Positions 11,542 through 21,882 of a stretch of DNA of 64,000 nt are shown piece after piece. The stretch is from an uncultured delta proteobacterium (GTDB taxonomy: Bacteria; Desulfobacterota; Binatia; UBA9968). A program made the position numbers and the translations under genes. The notes below the pieces were generated by a model. The model searched no databases, was not told the origin of the DNA, and saw only the letters and a list, made by a program, of their open reading frames with translations. Position 1 is the stretch's first letter. Each line of letters opens with the position of its first letter. The DNA is taken from positions 32,001-96,000 of the forward strand of contig CAVSLC010000002.1 in NCBI GenBank assembly GCA_963728565.1, written 5' to 3'.

Positions 11542-12912
11542 TTATGCGCGATGGCGCCGCACCACAATGCGGTTGCCATCGACGCGACTCACGACAATTT
11601 GTGCTCCCGCCTCGATGAATTCGCCGTCGGAGACGACATCCACTCGCTCGCCTTCGACATCGGCAATCCCGGAGGGACGCAGCGGCGAAACCGTTGTGCC
11701 GGTTTTCCCCAGCCACTTCCGATCGGTCTCGGGCGGCGAAGCGTAGCCCTCACCCGCGGCCAGCCCGGTCTGTAGGATCAGCCGCTTGCCGAACGGCAAT
11801 CGCGGTAGAAAGCGCAACAGCACCAGACTTCCAATCAAGGCGAGCAGCAGAGAAAAAATAACTCGACTTACGGCTTTGAGTATAAAATCCCACGTCGCGC
11901 CGCCGCCGATGAGACTCAGACTCAGGCCGGAAAGCAGCGCCGCTATGCCCAGGACTCCGGCCACACCGAAGCCGGGAATTATAAAGATCTCAGCTGCGAG
12001 CAGGACAACGCCGGAAACCACGAGCAGGATCTCCTCCCAGCCGGCGAGCTGGACCAGCCAGTGTCCCCAGAAAAAAAGCGCCAAGCTGCCAATACCGAGA
12101 ACTCCCGGCACGCCGAAGCCGGGCGTTCGAATTTCCAGGATAATTCCGAGCATACCGATGGTGATAAGAAGCGAGCTGACAATCGGATGGGTGAGAAAAC
12201 GAACAAAGTTCTCCGCCCAGTTGGGAGATGCTCGTCGCACCTCGGCCCCCGCAAGCCCCACCTGGCTCAGGACCTCCACCATCGTGTCGGCGCGAAACTC
12301 CGCAATCTTGTGCTTCAGCGCCTCGTCGGTAGTAAGCGTCAAGAGCTTTCCTTTTTCAATCAGATCGGGGATCTCCACGTCGGCGTCCACCATGGCTTCG
12401 GCGATCAGCGGCGGGCGCTTGCGCGCTTCTGCGGTGGCGCGAAACTCTTTTCTGACGTAGGAAACGGTTTTTTCCTCCACCGGCTGCGCCGGCGCGCCGG
12501 GTTGCCCCATTTGCACTGGAGTTGCCGCGCCAATGGTTCCTCCGTCGCCCATGACGATCTTCTCGGTCGCGAGCGCAATAAGCGCGCCGGCGGATATCGC
12601 TCTCTTATTGATGAACGCCACCGTTTGAACCCGGCTGTTGAGCAGCGCATCGCGTATGACAACCGCCGCATCCACCCTGCCGCCGAAAGTATTGATCTCG
12701 AGAATAACCGCTGCCGCGCCTGCATCGGTGGCCTCGCGCAGGACGCGGTCAACAAACGGCGCGAGCCCAAGATCTATCATGCCCTCGATGGGCGCAACGT
12801 AAACCACTGGGGTTTTCTGGGCGAACGCTGTCCCACCCGGGTTCAAAGAAATCAGCAGGCCGAAACAAACAAGCGCCCTTCTCCAGGCGCGTGTGGCTCT
12901 AGCGCTGCTCAT
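11542..12912 (-). CDS. nfeD: NfeD family membrane-bound serine protease (YqeZ-like)
   Basis: ClpP-like [26 protein letters not shown]; TM region; C-terminal OB domain [24 protein letters not shown]. Confidence 0.94.
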   Translation of the reverse strand: MSSARATRAWRRALVCFGLLISLNPGGTAFAQKTPVVYVAPIEGMIDLGLAPFVDRVLREATDAGAAAVILEINTFGGRVDAAVVIRDALLNSRVQTVAFINKRAISAGALIALATEKIVMGDGGTIGAATPVQMGQPGAPAQPVEEKTVSYVRKEFRATAEARKRPPLIAEAMVDADVEIPDLIEKGKLLTLTTDEALKHKIAEFRADTMVEVLSQVGLAGAEVRRASPNWAENFVRFLTHPIVSSLLITIGMLGIILEIRTPGFGVPGVLGIGSLALFFWGHWLVQLAGWEEILLVVSGVVLLAAEIFIIPGFGVAGVLGIAALLSGLSLSLIGGGATWDFILKAVSRVIFSLLLALIGSLVLLRFLPRLPFGKRLILQTGLAAGEGYASPPETDRKWLGKTGTTVSPLRPSGIADVEGERVDVVSDGEFIEAGAQIVVSRVDGNRIVVRRHRA

Positions 12913-13269
12913 GATTTACTTCGGCCATCGTCATATAGAGTTCCGCTCTGTAAGGACAGGACCTGCACCAACCATGTCTAGTTCTTAGGCGCCGAGGGCC
13001 GTGTTGGAGAGCGGCTGCTCGCGCCATTTCAGTCCGAGAACACCATACCAGTCTTTTCACTAGGATTGCCATGTTCTTATGGTTTTCTGCACGTCAACGC
13101 CAGCTCTGGGAAGCATGCGGTATGGATTCCCCAACACTCAGGAGAACTCTTTATCAGGAAAAGAAAAACTTACCTCTACGAGACCGAGTCGATTGGACAG
13201 GGCAAAGGATAGAACTTCGCGGTGATAAACAAGCTGCGACTGCGCCGCTGGCGTTTGAGACGGGCAGGA

Positions 13270-13725
13270 AACTGGTCGCCTGAGCATCGCCTGAACGGCG
13301 GTGCCACGGTTGATTGCGCCACAGCCGTTGAAGCAAGTCGGTGCCGTCTTGCGGCATCGATCATAGCGGCGGTGCTCCATATTATTAACGGGAATGCGAC
13401 TGCTGCGCCGGTCGTTGCTTGGACTTTAGACACGGCTTTGGGTCACACCGAAGAAGAGCTTATAAAAGGAACCCTCAGCCGATATGCCGGTCAGGATCTT
13501 TACTATCATGCGCTGCGCACGCGGCAGGCGGGAGTGCGGTCGTTTATTTCCTTCCATGTGCTGGTGCCGGGAGAATGGACTGTTTCAGCAAGGGCATGAT
13601 CGGGTCGAACGACTGAGCGCGATATACGCGCCGCGATTCCGGAAGCCACCGTGTTTACTCACCTCGAGCCGATCAATGACCCGTCAGCTTGGCAGGACTT
13701 GACGCTTGATCGGAGAGTATGGCTA
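13270..13725 (+). pseudogene. cation diffusion facilitator (FieF-like) remnant
   Basis: fragments RLIAPQPLKQVG, GMRLLRRSLLGL-DTAL, YHALRTRQAG.RSFISFHVLVPGEWTV-GHD, VFTHLEPINDP spread over several frames; boundaries approximate. Confidence 0.8.
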
Positions 13726-13940
13726 AGCCAATTAATCCTGTTTGGCGCCGCAGACGGGGCAATGTGCAAACCATCGTCGAATGCGCGACCGACAGCGCCG
13801 ACAAATCGTGGTTCGCCCGCGCCTAACCAAAAGCACTGAGGTGATGACAAGGAGACCGGCAACTAAACTTCCGAACATCTTTTATCCAGCTGGAACCGGC
13901 AACTTCAAGAGTTCGTAGAGAATCATGATTTCTTCAGCAG

Positions 13941-14216
13941 TCAGCCTTTATGGCCGTCTAATAACCAAGCAAAAACTTTTTGATCACTTAAATTCCACGA
14001 ACTCGACTTGAAGGTCAGCATCACGAGGTAGTCATCTGGATCAATGTAGCGCTTGAGCTTCTGCCAGACGGCTTCGGGCGGATCGTCAGCGGTGATCGTC
14101 CAAATCGAGTCAGATAGCCTTGCCCAGCGATAGCTGGTGATGACTCTATAGAAACCATCATAGTCCGCGCGGGAAGTCTGTGGGTTATGTTTGTAGGTGA
14201 TGTGCAGGATGGCCAT
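13941..14216 (-). CDS. small hypothetical protein, possibly a ferredoxin-like (Cas2/VapD-like) fold
   Basis: 91 aa; ILHITY..DYDGFYRVITSY.WARLSDSIWTI..VWQKLKRYIDPDDYLVM pattern. Confidence 0.6.
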   Translation of the reverse strand: MAILHITYKHNPQTSRADYDGFYRVITSYRWARLSDSIWTITADDPPEAVWQKLKRYIDPDDYLVMLTFKSSSWNLSDQKVFAWLLDGHKG

Positions 14217-14444
14217 AGCGGCGCGTATTCTAGCACAAACAGTCGAGTGGTGGGGCGAAATAAAAGGAGGATCCTCGATACTCGCGCGCTGCTTTCATGA
14301 CGATCTCGCCGGAGCCTTGATCGACCCATGGTCATTGTGCTAATAACCGCGCCCTCGCTGCGCAGCGACAACCCTGCAAGCGACAACCCGTTTCCTTTGA
14401 CGAACTGTCGAAGGCGCTGCGTTGCGAGGCCCAAAGGGGCGATC

Positions 14445-14537
14445 ATGGGAGACATACGGGGCTGGCTTATATCGCTCGTCATCGGATTAGGTTTTTGGGG
14501 TTGTGTCTCTGCGTGCTTATCGCTGCTCATCCCGTAG
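14445..14537 (+). CDS. putative 30 aa single-TM peptide
   Basis: MGDIRGWLISLVIGLGFWGCVSACLSLLIP with AAAGGGG upstream. Confidence 0.35.
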   Translation: MGDIRGWLISLVIGLGFWGCVSACLSLLIP

Positions 14538-14566
14538 CGGCTGTGCGGCAGCGAGGAACTTTGGCT

Positions 14567-14815
14567 ATGGAGAGAAACATCGTGCCGGTTCTATTATTCA
14601 ATTTCCTCATTGCGGTCGCAGTGACGCTTGCAGCATCCGCAGTAATCGCTTTTATCGTTACTAACGTAGTTGTCGGGTGGATCAAAGGGAGCTTATACCA
14701 TGACGTCCTCCGCAACTTCTCGGGCAAAGATCGGAAAGACATCCTGATCGTTGCGTTGGGTGCTATGAGCGCTTTTCTTGTCGCCAAATACAAGCCGGCA
14801 GGGCTGGTGTTTTGA
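14567..14815 (+). CDS. hypothetical membrane protein
   Basis: 82 aa, two hydrophobic segments, GAGGA SD. Confidence 0.5.
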   Translation: MERNIVPVLLFNFLIAVAVTLAASAVIAFIVTNVVVGWIKGSLYHDVLRNFSGKDRKDILIVALGAMSAFLVAKYKPAGLVF

Positions 14816-14871
14816 AGCGCCCCAGGTCTGGATTCGTGGTCCGGCTGTAGACTAGCAGGAGACGCATGAAT

Positions 14872-15099
14872 CTAAGCTTTCCGCTCATCTTCAGAAATCC
14901 CATACGTCCGTAACGGATGCGAGAGCTTGTCGCGCCAACTACCATAAGCAACGTCCCTGGCTCCTAGCAGTATCAGCTTGCTTATTAGCGCAAGAACCGA
15001 GTCAGCATGATCATCTCGGCCCTCCAGTGGCTTATACCTTCTCCACAGTTCGCCGATATAGCTGTCCTGCAGCTCGGGCTTCTCGGGCTTGGGTGCCAT
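14872..15099 (-). CDS. hypothetical protein
   Basis: 75 aa ATG-start ORF with protein-like composition. Confidence 0.45.
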   Translation of the reverse strand: MAPKPEKPELQDSYIGELWRRYKPLEGRDDHADSVLALISKLILLGARDVAYGSWRDKLSHPLRTYGISEDERKA

Positions 15100-15286
15100 C
15101 GGGCGAACAGACGAACTTATTTTCAGTATGCAAGCGGCACATTTCGCGGCAGAGTATTCTATGTAGGTGGCCGTTTACTTCTCGCCAGAAACTGCCAGAT
15201 GTGCGGCAACTACTTTGGATAATAATGGCCAACCCAAACGGCAGGCGGCTATCCGCCCATCCACGGTCGCTGTGCCGAGGACACGG

Positions 15287-15649
15287 TTATCGAATCAAAG
15301 CTGTAATCTTTTTCAGGAGTTCGTCTGACGTAAACGGCTTGATGATGTAGTCGTCGCATCCGACATCAATCCAGTTTTTGAGATCGGATGGACGGAACAG
15401 TGCGGTGGACGCGAGGATCGGAATATCCTTAGTCTGAGGATCTGCCCGCAAGATGCGGGTCGCTTCCCAACCATCCATCTCTGGCATCATAGAGTTCATC
15501 AGAATCAAATCCGGTTTCTCCGCGACGGCTGTCTCCACTCCCTCCCTGCCGTTCTTAGCAGTGATGGCAGTGAAACCCATCGACTCCAGTTGATGGCCGA
15601 GGACATGCCGTAATTCGGTATGATCTTCGACCAGCAGAATTTTAACCAA
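15287..15649 (-). CDS. single-domain response regulator (DivK/CheY-like) with phosphoacceptor Asp replaced by Asn
   Basis: KILLVED..KPDLILMNSMMPEMDG..IPILASTA..YIIKPF; TTG start behind GGAGG. Confidence 0.88.
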   Translation of the reverse strand: MVKILLVEDHTELRHVLGHQLESMGFTAITAKNGREGVETAVAEKPDLILMNSMMPEMDGWEATRILRADPQTKDIPILASTALFRPSDLKNWIDVGCDDYIIKPFTSDELLKKITALIR

Positions 15650-15803
15650 ATGATCCTCCGCTTGGGTCAACTGGGTAGGTTCCTCGGATCACGGTTGTAC
15701 TAACTTAACATTTGCGTCGGCGATCCCCGTCCGCAGATCAGAACCTGGAAAGCACGATACGCAATAATTCACTCTGCAGCCCCGGCCCTTTTCTAGCAAG
15801 TTG

Positions 15804-16103
15804 CTATATTGATCTTGCGGCGTTTGCCTCATCCTCGGGAGCTAGCCGCGAATCGTTCTCGCGGCGGCGATCCGACTTATCTTGGCCCGCTAGTTTAACC
15901 AGCTTGTTGTACAGGCCGATGATCAGCCAGGTAGGCACCCATTGGGCGATGAAGTTTCCCCATTTCCCTCTGCCGGCCACTTGGCAAGCCAGTGAAAGCC
16001 CCATAGCACCTATGCCAACAGCGAGGTAAGCACTCGACGGTACAGCGACTGTGTAAGATTCAAACGTTTTTGTGAACTGGTCTTCAGTTGGCCGTGGTTC
16101 CAT
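15804..16103 (-). CDS. small membrane protein of unknown function
   Basis: AGGAGG SD; ESYT..VPSSAYL..GKWGNFIAQWVPTWLIIGLYNKLVK, two TM segments. Confidence 0.75.
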   Translation of the reverse strand: MEPRPTEDQFTKTFESYTVAVPSSAYLAVGIGAMGLSLACQVAGRGKWGNFIAQWVPTWLIIGLYNKLVKLAGQDKSDRRRENDSRLAPEDEANAARSI

Positions 16104-16333
16104 TTGACACCTCCTAACTTTCCCGCCGCAATAGTAAGGCCAGTCGTCAGTAACCTGACCGCGCAAGTATAGCTCCCTACGTGTGTACAAGATTTTGGAA
16201 GCGACGTTGCGGGTGTCCCGAATCTGACTCGGTGGCGGCCCCTCCTCAACACTCGAATAGACCCCGGCGGTTGGTAAGCTACTTAGTTGTGCTCAAGCTG
16301 ACCACAAAGAAATCAATCCTTTCACGAGAAAGG

Positions 16334-16645
16334 CTCCAGTTTGTCCAGCGCCGATGTATGCCCGAGCTGTGCAGCAGCTCCCAGAGGGAAAGGACTGGCT
16401 CGCGAGGGTCTGGGCGAAGTTGAAGCACCTGCAGAGTAGCAGTTGTCCTTTTTCTAACCTGCCTGAGAAGAAGCGTAATCGCGGGCGCTCACACGTGAAG
16501 AGATGAAGAACTCCGTCTGGCTCAAACCTGAGCTGGTTGGGCAGATCGAGTTTGCCGAGTGGACACCTTGATGGTCATTTGAGGTATTCAAAGTTCTGCG
16601 GGTTGAGAGATGACAAAGAGCCACGTGGAGTCTTTAGGGAGCGAG
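16334..16645 (+). pseudogene. LigD-type ATP-dependent DNA ligase remnant (internal deletion)
   Basis: PMYARAVQQLPEGKDWL fused directly to CPFSNLPEKK..EEMKNSVWLKPELVGQIEFAEWTP-DGHLRYSKFCGLRDDK; KxDG adenylation domain missing. Confidence 0.85.
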
Positions 16646-16666
16646 GCGAGCCAGAACGGCGTCCGC

Positions 16667-17029
16667 TTAGGGAATCAGAGCTTTGATTTTTCTTTGCAGT
16701 TCGTTTATCGGAAATGGTTTGACTATATAGTCGTTGCATCCTATATCGATGCAGCGTTGAAGCTCAAATCTACGGTATAACGCAGTCATGGCGAGGATCG
16801 GGATGTCCTTAGTGTTAGGACTCAGTCGCAAGATTCGCGTCGCTTCTCCACCATCCATGGCCGGCATCACGAAGTCCATTAAGATCAAGTCCGGTTTCTC
16901 CGCTAGAGATCTTTCAACAGCTTCCTTGCCATTAGCAGCGGTGATGGTCTCAAATCCCATCCAAGTGATTAGAACCTGAAGAGTTCGCCGTATGTCCGGG
17001 TTATCATCAACGAGCAGAATTTTAGTCAC
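16667..17029 (-). CDS. single-domain response regulator (DivK/CheY-like)
   Basis: KILLVDD..KPDLILMDFVMPAMDG..IPILAMTA..YIVKPF; all canonical residues present. Confidence 0.92.
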   Translation of the reverse strand: MTKILLVDDNPDIRRTLQVLITWMGFETITAANGKEAVERSLAEKPDLILMDFVMPAMDGGEATRILRLSPNTKDIPILAMTALYRRFELQRCIDIGCNDYIVKPFPINELQRKIKALIP

Positions 17030-17219
17030 GTCAGTTGCGGAGCTTCCCCGTGGTCCCTCGCATATATAGCCTAGTCCGAACGCCGGGATTTTTCATTTCG
17101 AGATTCAACGGGCCTTAGTTGATTGATCAGAAGCCCCTTGTTGCCCAGCACTGCAACGGCCATTTTTATCACCCTTGAAGTCGCTCGGTTGTAATGCTTC
17201 GCGGGAAGTTTTCGGGTGC

Positions 17220-18320
17220 TTATGCTTTGGAGGAGACTCTTTCACTAAAGGGTTTTTTCGCAAATCGCTCGCGAAAATCGGCCTTCAGCTTAGCATGAGA
17301 AATCTCATTGCTCAGAGATTCAAGGAGTTCTGCTAGCCGCTTCTGCGGAAATTCTTCCATGGATTCGCCGAGCGTCCGAACATGATCACGGACAATCAGG
17401 GATGCTATGTTCTCAATGACATTGGCGAACTTACTGAACTCAGCGACAATGCGCACAAAAGCTTCCGGCGATACGGTTTCGCTAGCCGACTCCGTTATAA
17501 TGGGTGCGACTCGCGCACTCTGAAATGTGCTCGATTTTTCTTCGACTGTTTTCCGTGGCTCGCCTGCGGCAAGTTTGGCCATAGCTTGCGTCTGAAGATT
17601 AGCGAAAGCTTGTGCGATGGCCTCCGTCCCATCGCATTGGGTTTGTAGGGGACCGTTTAGATCGATTGCCGGCGTATTGCATTCTTGCTCGAGCCCGTTG
17701 GTGGCCGAGTGGGTGCTGCCAACGATCTGCTCCGCCTCGCTAAGTTGAGCCTTCAGTGTTGCCTCTAGCACAACCATGTTTGCCCTGAGACCCTCAATCA
17801 CTCTCTCGGCTTCTTCGACCTTGGTCGCCGCCTCTCTTCGTGCCTTTCGGACCGCCAACTCCGCCTGGCTTATCTGCTCTGCCATGACATCTATTTTGGA
17901 CCTGAGATCGTTTACTTCGGATATTCGACTTTGGAGCGATTCTTCTTTCTCCTTCAATGCACGTTGTAAATCGTCGATCTCGGTCCTAAGACTTTCTTCC
18001 ATCTTTTGCCCGGCAACGTTTTGTTTATGAAGGTTGTCCTCCGTCTCTCTGACCCTAGCCTCTAATCCGGTGATGTTTGCTTTGAGACCCTCGATAACTT
18101 GCCCGGCATGTTTGGTCTTGGTTAGTGCCACAGCTCGATTGTCACTGACCGCCGCCTTTAACCTGCGGATTCCATCCGCAAATATTTTATCAAGGTCCTC
18201 TAGTGCCTCGCTTAAACTATCTTCGTTCCCTGTAGCTTGAGGAGAAACCGTAGGACCGGGTGTCGTTCGGTTTAAGGTTCCTTGCACTACTTCTCTGACT
18301 ATCTGATAGGCTTTCCCCAT
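17220..18320 (-). CDS. coiled-coil protein with small C-terminal helical domain
   Basis: 366 aa, long E/K/L/Q-rich heptad region, internal repeat VIEGLKANI / VIEGLRANM; GGGGGA SD. Confidence 0.75.
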   Translation of the reverse strand: MGKAYQIVREVVQGTLNRTTPGPTVSPQATGNEDSLSEALEDLDKIFADGIRRLKAAVSDNRAVALTKTKHAGQVIEGLKANITGLEARVRETEDNLHKQNVAGQKMEESLRTEIDDLQRALKEKEESLQSRISEVNDLRSKIDVMAEQISQAELAVRKARREAATKVEEAERVIEGLRANMVVLEATLKAQLSEAEQIVGSTHSATNGLEQECNTPAIDLNGPLQTQCDGTEAIAQAFANLQTQAMAKLAAGEPRKTVEEKSSTFQSARVAPIITESASETVSPEAFVRIVAEFSKFANVIENIASLIVRDHVRTLGESMEEFPQKRLAELLESLSNEISHAKLKADFRERFAKKPFSERVSSKA

Positions 18321-19379
18321 ATGTCCCCCGTCATTCTTCAGGTGTCCAATTTGTCAGATTGTCAAGATTGAAAATTGCTACGCCAAAATCGCTGAAATCG
18401 GACGCTGCAGCAAATCTCCAGCACTCTTGTCATGTGACGCAAATGTAACTCATATGAGAGTCGCCGGCTCAGTTAAGCACAATCGGCGAGATCATTTCAG
18501 TGCTGAGCCCGAAAATTGAAGGCTGACTTGATCAGCCCGTGATGTAAAAACTAAGGATGAAGCGGAATGATTGCTGACGTTCCTAGAGCGAGTGTAAACG
18601 ATTGTCAAGAAAAAAAGATCTTAGCAAAGAATTCTTTTCCCATGGGGCGATCAGTGTATAAAGAGCTCGGTCAATGCACGTCGAAGCTAAATAATATGAT
18701 CAGCAGCGTCTTGTCGCACGCAGTTGCAATGAGATCACGACAGGACGCGCACCACGCCGCGCCCACTGTCCCAATCTCTACCTGATGGTCCCGGAGTAAC
18801 TCTTGCCTCAGCGATCGATGGATGAAAACTCTTGCTTGCGCTCCATGGCCTCACTGCAACATCTAACTAAGCAGTCCGCAAAAGCGCTCGCCCGTTGACT
18901 TACCCATGACGTTCAATTGATTTTCAATACCGCTGACCATGACCGTGAACGTAGGCCATAGTTGACAAGCGGCCAAATCTCGTAACCGTATCGGTGACTC
19001 TGCACGCCATCTCACCCACCCACTCTGTGCAATATGTTTCTGCCCTCATGCAGACCTTCGCCCCGTCGGTCGCCATGATCATCTCTCTGTGCTCAGAGGC
19101 ATTCAGGCAGGCAGCACTGTCGATCCTTTTAGAGGATCACGATTCACAGTCATGGCTGTTGCACAGCGGCGGCATCAAGCAGCACTGCCAAGGCCGATGC
19201 TCAATCGCGCGTCAGTGAGCCGTAACGGCTAATCACGATAGCTCTGAGAGCTGTGCTGATAGATACCTCCGCCCGACTTCGCCAAAGATGCTAATTCAAA
19301 TTATCCTTGCAAAGAACAAAGCATATGATAAATTCCGTGTCCCCGTAGTCTAGGGATGTCGGCCAGGAGGTTAACTCCA

Positions 19380-19634
19380 ATGGTATGGGACGTGATGATT
19401 GCAGCGGCATTCGTTGTTGTATCTATAGCGATCCTTGCTTGCTTCTCTGTTAAGTCCCTTCTCACCTCGTTAAACAAGCCTCACCAAGTAGCTTCGCAAC
19501 ACAGTCTGTTATCTCATGACGCCACTGCGCCAAGGTCCAATACAAAACTCAACATTGCGGGGCCCCAAGTCGAAGGCAAGAAAACGGCTACGCGGTTCGG
19601 ATTAAGCGGAGGACGATATGACGCGGGAAGATAA
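19380..19634 (+). CDS. hypothetical protein with N-terminal TM helix
   Basis: AGGAGG SD at 19365-19370; hydrophobic N-terminus. Confidence 0.5.
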   Translation: MVWDVMIAAAFVVVSIAILACFSVKSLLTSLNKPHQVASQHSLLSHDATAPRSNTKLNIAGPQVEGKKTATRFGLSGGRYDAGR

Positions 19635-20069
19635 ACTTCGGCTGGTGGAACTGGGCAAGTTTGGAATCAGCATCGCGGATCGGGAATGGATTCTGGCTCC
19701 TATCGATCGGCAGACTGCGGAGATCGAAATTTGAAGGCAAGGGAACGCGGCTTGGCTTGCTATCGTTTGCGGCATAGTTGAGAGCCACCATGATTTCATT
19801 GACGTTGATACACGCAGTACCTTTCACTTTATCTGCCGGTCGCTCGTGGGTTGAGGGCAAACAACTTGTCGGTTACCTACATTCGTCGAGATCAGCGACA
19901 CGTTTACTCTATTCGCACGCGCTGTGATTCGGCCTCGCTTAGCGCAAGGCGAATCAGGGCTGGCATGAATGATAAAGGATATCCTCCAGAATAGAACCAT
20001 AGACAAGTGATAAGGAACAGCAGTAAAAGGCAGCCATAAGAAAACGGTCCTCCGGTTCTTGCTGCTGTT

Positions 20070-20273
20070 ATGTTCATTTGCCGCCAAGCCGCGGCTGCTC
20101 CGTTCGCGTTACAAGCATCGAAGATGCTGATCAATCGGAGCGAGGAATGGGATTTAGCCACGGGACTCGAATTTGAAGCGCGCACTTTCGCGGCTATCGC
20201 GCACACGCACGATCTGACTGAGGGAACGAAAGCCTTCTTGGAGAAGCGTAAAGCAAATTTTACCGGCAATTAG
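20070..20273 (+). pseudogene. enoyl-CoA hydratase C-terminal fragment
   Basis: APFALQASKMLIN..LATGLEFEA..DLTEGTKAFLEKRKANFTG is the crotonase tail; N-terminal part absent. Confidence 0.8.
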
Positions 20274-20276
20274 CAG

Positions 20277-21056
20277 ATGAAGGATCTCGCTGGAAAAATC
20301 GTCCTCGTCACCGGCGCGGCACGCGGCATCGGCAAAGCCATCGCCCTAGCGTTTGGCGCTGAGCAAAGCCGCGTGGTCCTCACTGGCAGAACCGCAGCCG
20401 CGCTTGAAGAAGTCGCGGCAATGCTACGCTCCACAGGCGCTGAAGTGTTGGCACGGCGATGCGATGTGAGTCAAAAGCCGCAGGTGGAAAGTCTTCGGCA
20501 GGAAATCGAAAAATGTTTTGGTGCAGTCGAAATTCTCGTGAACAATGCCGGGGTCGCGCCGGCGGCAGATTTCCTGGAGATGGCCGACGAGCTGTGGGGT
20601 GACGTCATGCGTGTCAATGTAAACGGGGCCTATAACTGCTGCAAAGCCTTTTTGGCGCCCATGATCGACGCCCGCTGGGGGCGCATCATCAACATCGCTT
20701 CGACCGTGGCCCGGATTGCTTATCCGGGAATCGCCGCATATGCGACATCCAAACACGCAAGCCTCGGCCTGACGCGCGCGTTGGCTGTGGAAACCGCTAG
20801 ATCGGGGGTCACGGTGAACGCGGTATGCCCGGGCTACGTCAATACCGAGTTGACCCGCGAAAACGCACGGCGACTGGCCGAAAAACGCGGCCAATCGCTG
20901 GAGCAGGCACTCGCGATGCTCGCGGCGAGCTGTCCGCAACGGCGTCTGATCGAGCCGGAAGAAGTTGCCTATGTGACATTGATGCTGGCATCGGATCGCG
21001 CCCGGGGCATCACCGGCCAGGCGATCCAAGTCGACGGCGGCGCCGTCATGGCTTGA
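20277..21056 (+). CDS. SDR oxidoreductase (3-hydroxyacyl-CoA/3-hydroxybutyrate dehydrogenase-like)
   Basis: TGAARGIG, NNAG, YATSK, VNAVCPG. Confidence 0.93.
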   Translation: MKDLAGKIVLVTGAARGIGKAIALAFGAEQSRVVLTGRTAAALEEVAAMLRSTGAEVLARRCDVSQKPQVESLRQEIEKCFGAVEILVNNAGVAPAADFLEMADELWGDVMRVNVNGAYNCCKAFLAPMIDARWGRIINIASTVARIAYPGIAAYATSKHASLGLTRALAVETARSGVTVNAVCPGYVNTELTRENARRLAEKRGQSLEQALAMLAASCPQRRLIEPEEVAYVTLMLASDRARGITGQAIQVDGGAVMA

Positions 21057-21087
21057 ACAGAAACGAGAACTGCAAGGAGATCCTCGG

Positions 21088-21882
21088 ATGAGTTATTCCG
21101 GTTTTGTTTTCGAGAACAACGACGGCGTCGCGACGATCCGGCTCAATGACCCGGACAAGCTCAATGCGCTAACTTTTCAGACTTACGCCGACCTGGAAAA
21201 AATCACCTCGGAATTCGCCCATGACCCTACCGTCAAGGTCGTTGTGCTCACGGGAACCGGCAAAGGTTTTTGTTCCGGTGGTCGAGTCGACGACATCATC
21301 GGGCCGCTGCTCAAAATGAAAGGCGACGAGCTTTATAAGTTCACCCGGATGACCTGCAATGTGGTCAAGAATATGCGCAGCTTGAAAAAGCCGATCATCG
21401 CCGCAGTCAACGGCATTGCCGCAGGCGCCGGCGCAATGCTCATGCTGGCGTCGGATCTGCGCCTCTTCTCAGACAAAGCGCGGGTGGCGTTTCTATTCGT
21501 AAAAGTCGGTTTATCGGGCGCCGATATGGGCGCGCTCTATTTGCTGCCGAGAATCGTCGGCCTGGGAAAAGCCACCGAGCTGGTCTACTTCGGCGACACC
21601 ATCGATGCCCACGAAGCGCAGCGCATCGGCTTGGCCAACCGCGTGGTGCCGGGTGACACTTTGATGGACGAAGCCTACAAATGGGCTAACCGGTTGAGGG
21701 ATGGGCCGCTCTATGCGCTCGGGGTTACCAAGGAGCTGCTCGAATACGAAGCAAACGTGGATTTAGCAACCGCACTGGAAATGGAAGCCATGGCGCAGGC
21801 GCGGTGTATGGAAAGACCGGATTTCATCGAGGGCTATAATGCGTTTACTGAAAAACGTCCGCTACGATTTAACCGCAGCTGA
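21088..21882 (+). CDS. enoyl-CoA hydratase family protein
   Basis: LNAL, FCSGG, KPIIAAVNGIAAGAG, FVKVGLSGADMGA. Confidence 0.93.
   Translation: MSYSGFVFENNDGVATIRLNDPDKLNALTFQTYADLEKITSEFAHDPTVKVVVLTGTGKGFCSGGRVDDIIGPLLKMKGDELYKFTRMTCNVVKNMRSLKKPIIAAVNGIAAGAGAMLMLASDLRLFSDKARVAFLFVKVGLSGADMGALYLLPRIVGLGKATELVYFGDTIDAHEAQRIGLANRVVPGDTLMDEAYKWANRLRDGPLYALGVTKELLEYEANVDLATALEMEAMAQARCMERPDFIEGYNAFTEKRPLRFNRS

Noticed and set aside
10371-12981. Long plus-strand ORFs (e.g. 306, 232 and 224 aa) opposite floA/nfeD
   Set aside because: Antisense shadows of GC-rich genes; no motifs
13941-14216. CRISPR-Cas system suggested by the Cas2-like protein
   Set aside because: No repeat-spacer array, cas1 or other cas genes seen in the window
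18321-19355. Possible ncRNA, riboswitch or genes in the 1 kb gap
   Set aside because: Only short hairpins and weak ORFs; nothing I can identify without a covariance-model search
13900-19740. Prophage or integrative element
   Set aside because: Short ORFs and lower GC, but no integrase, transposase, structural genes, att repeats or tRNA recognised
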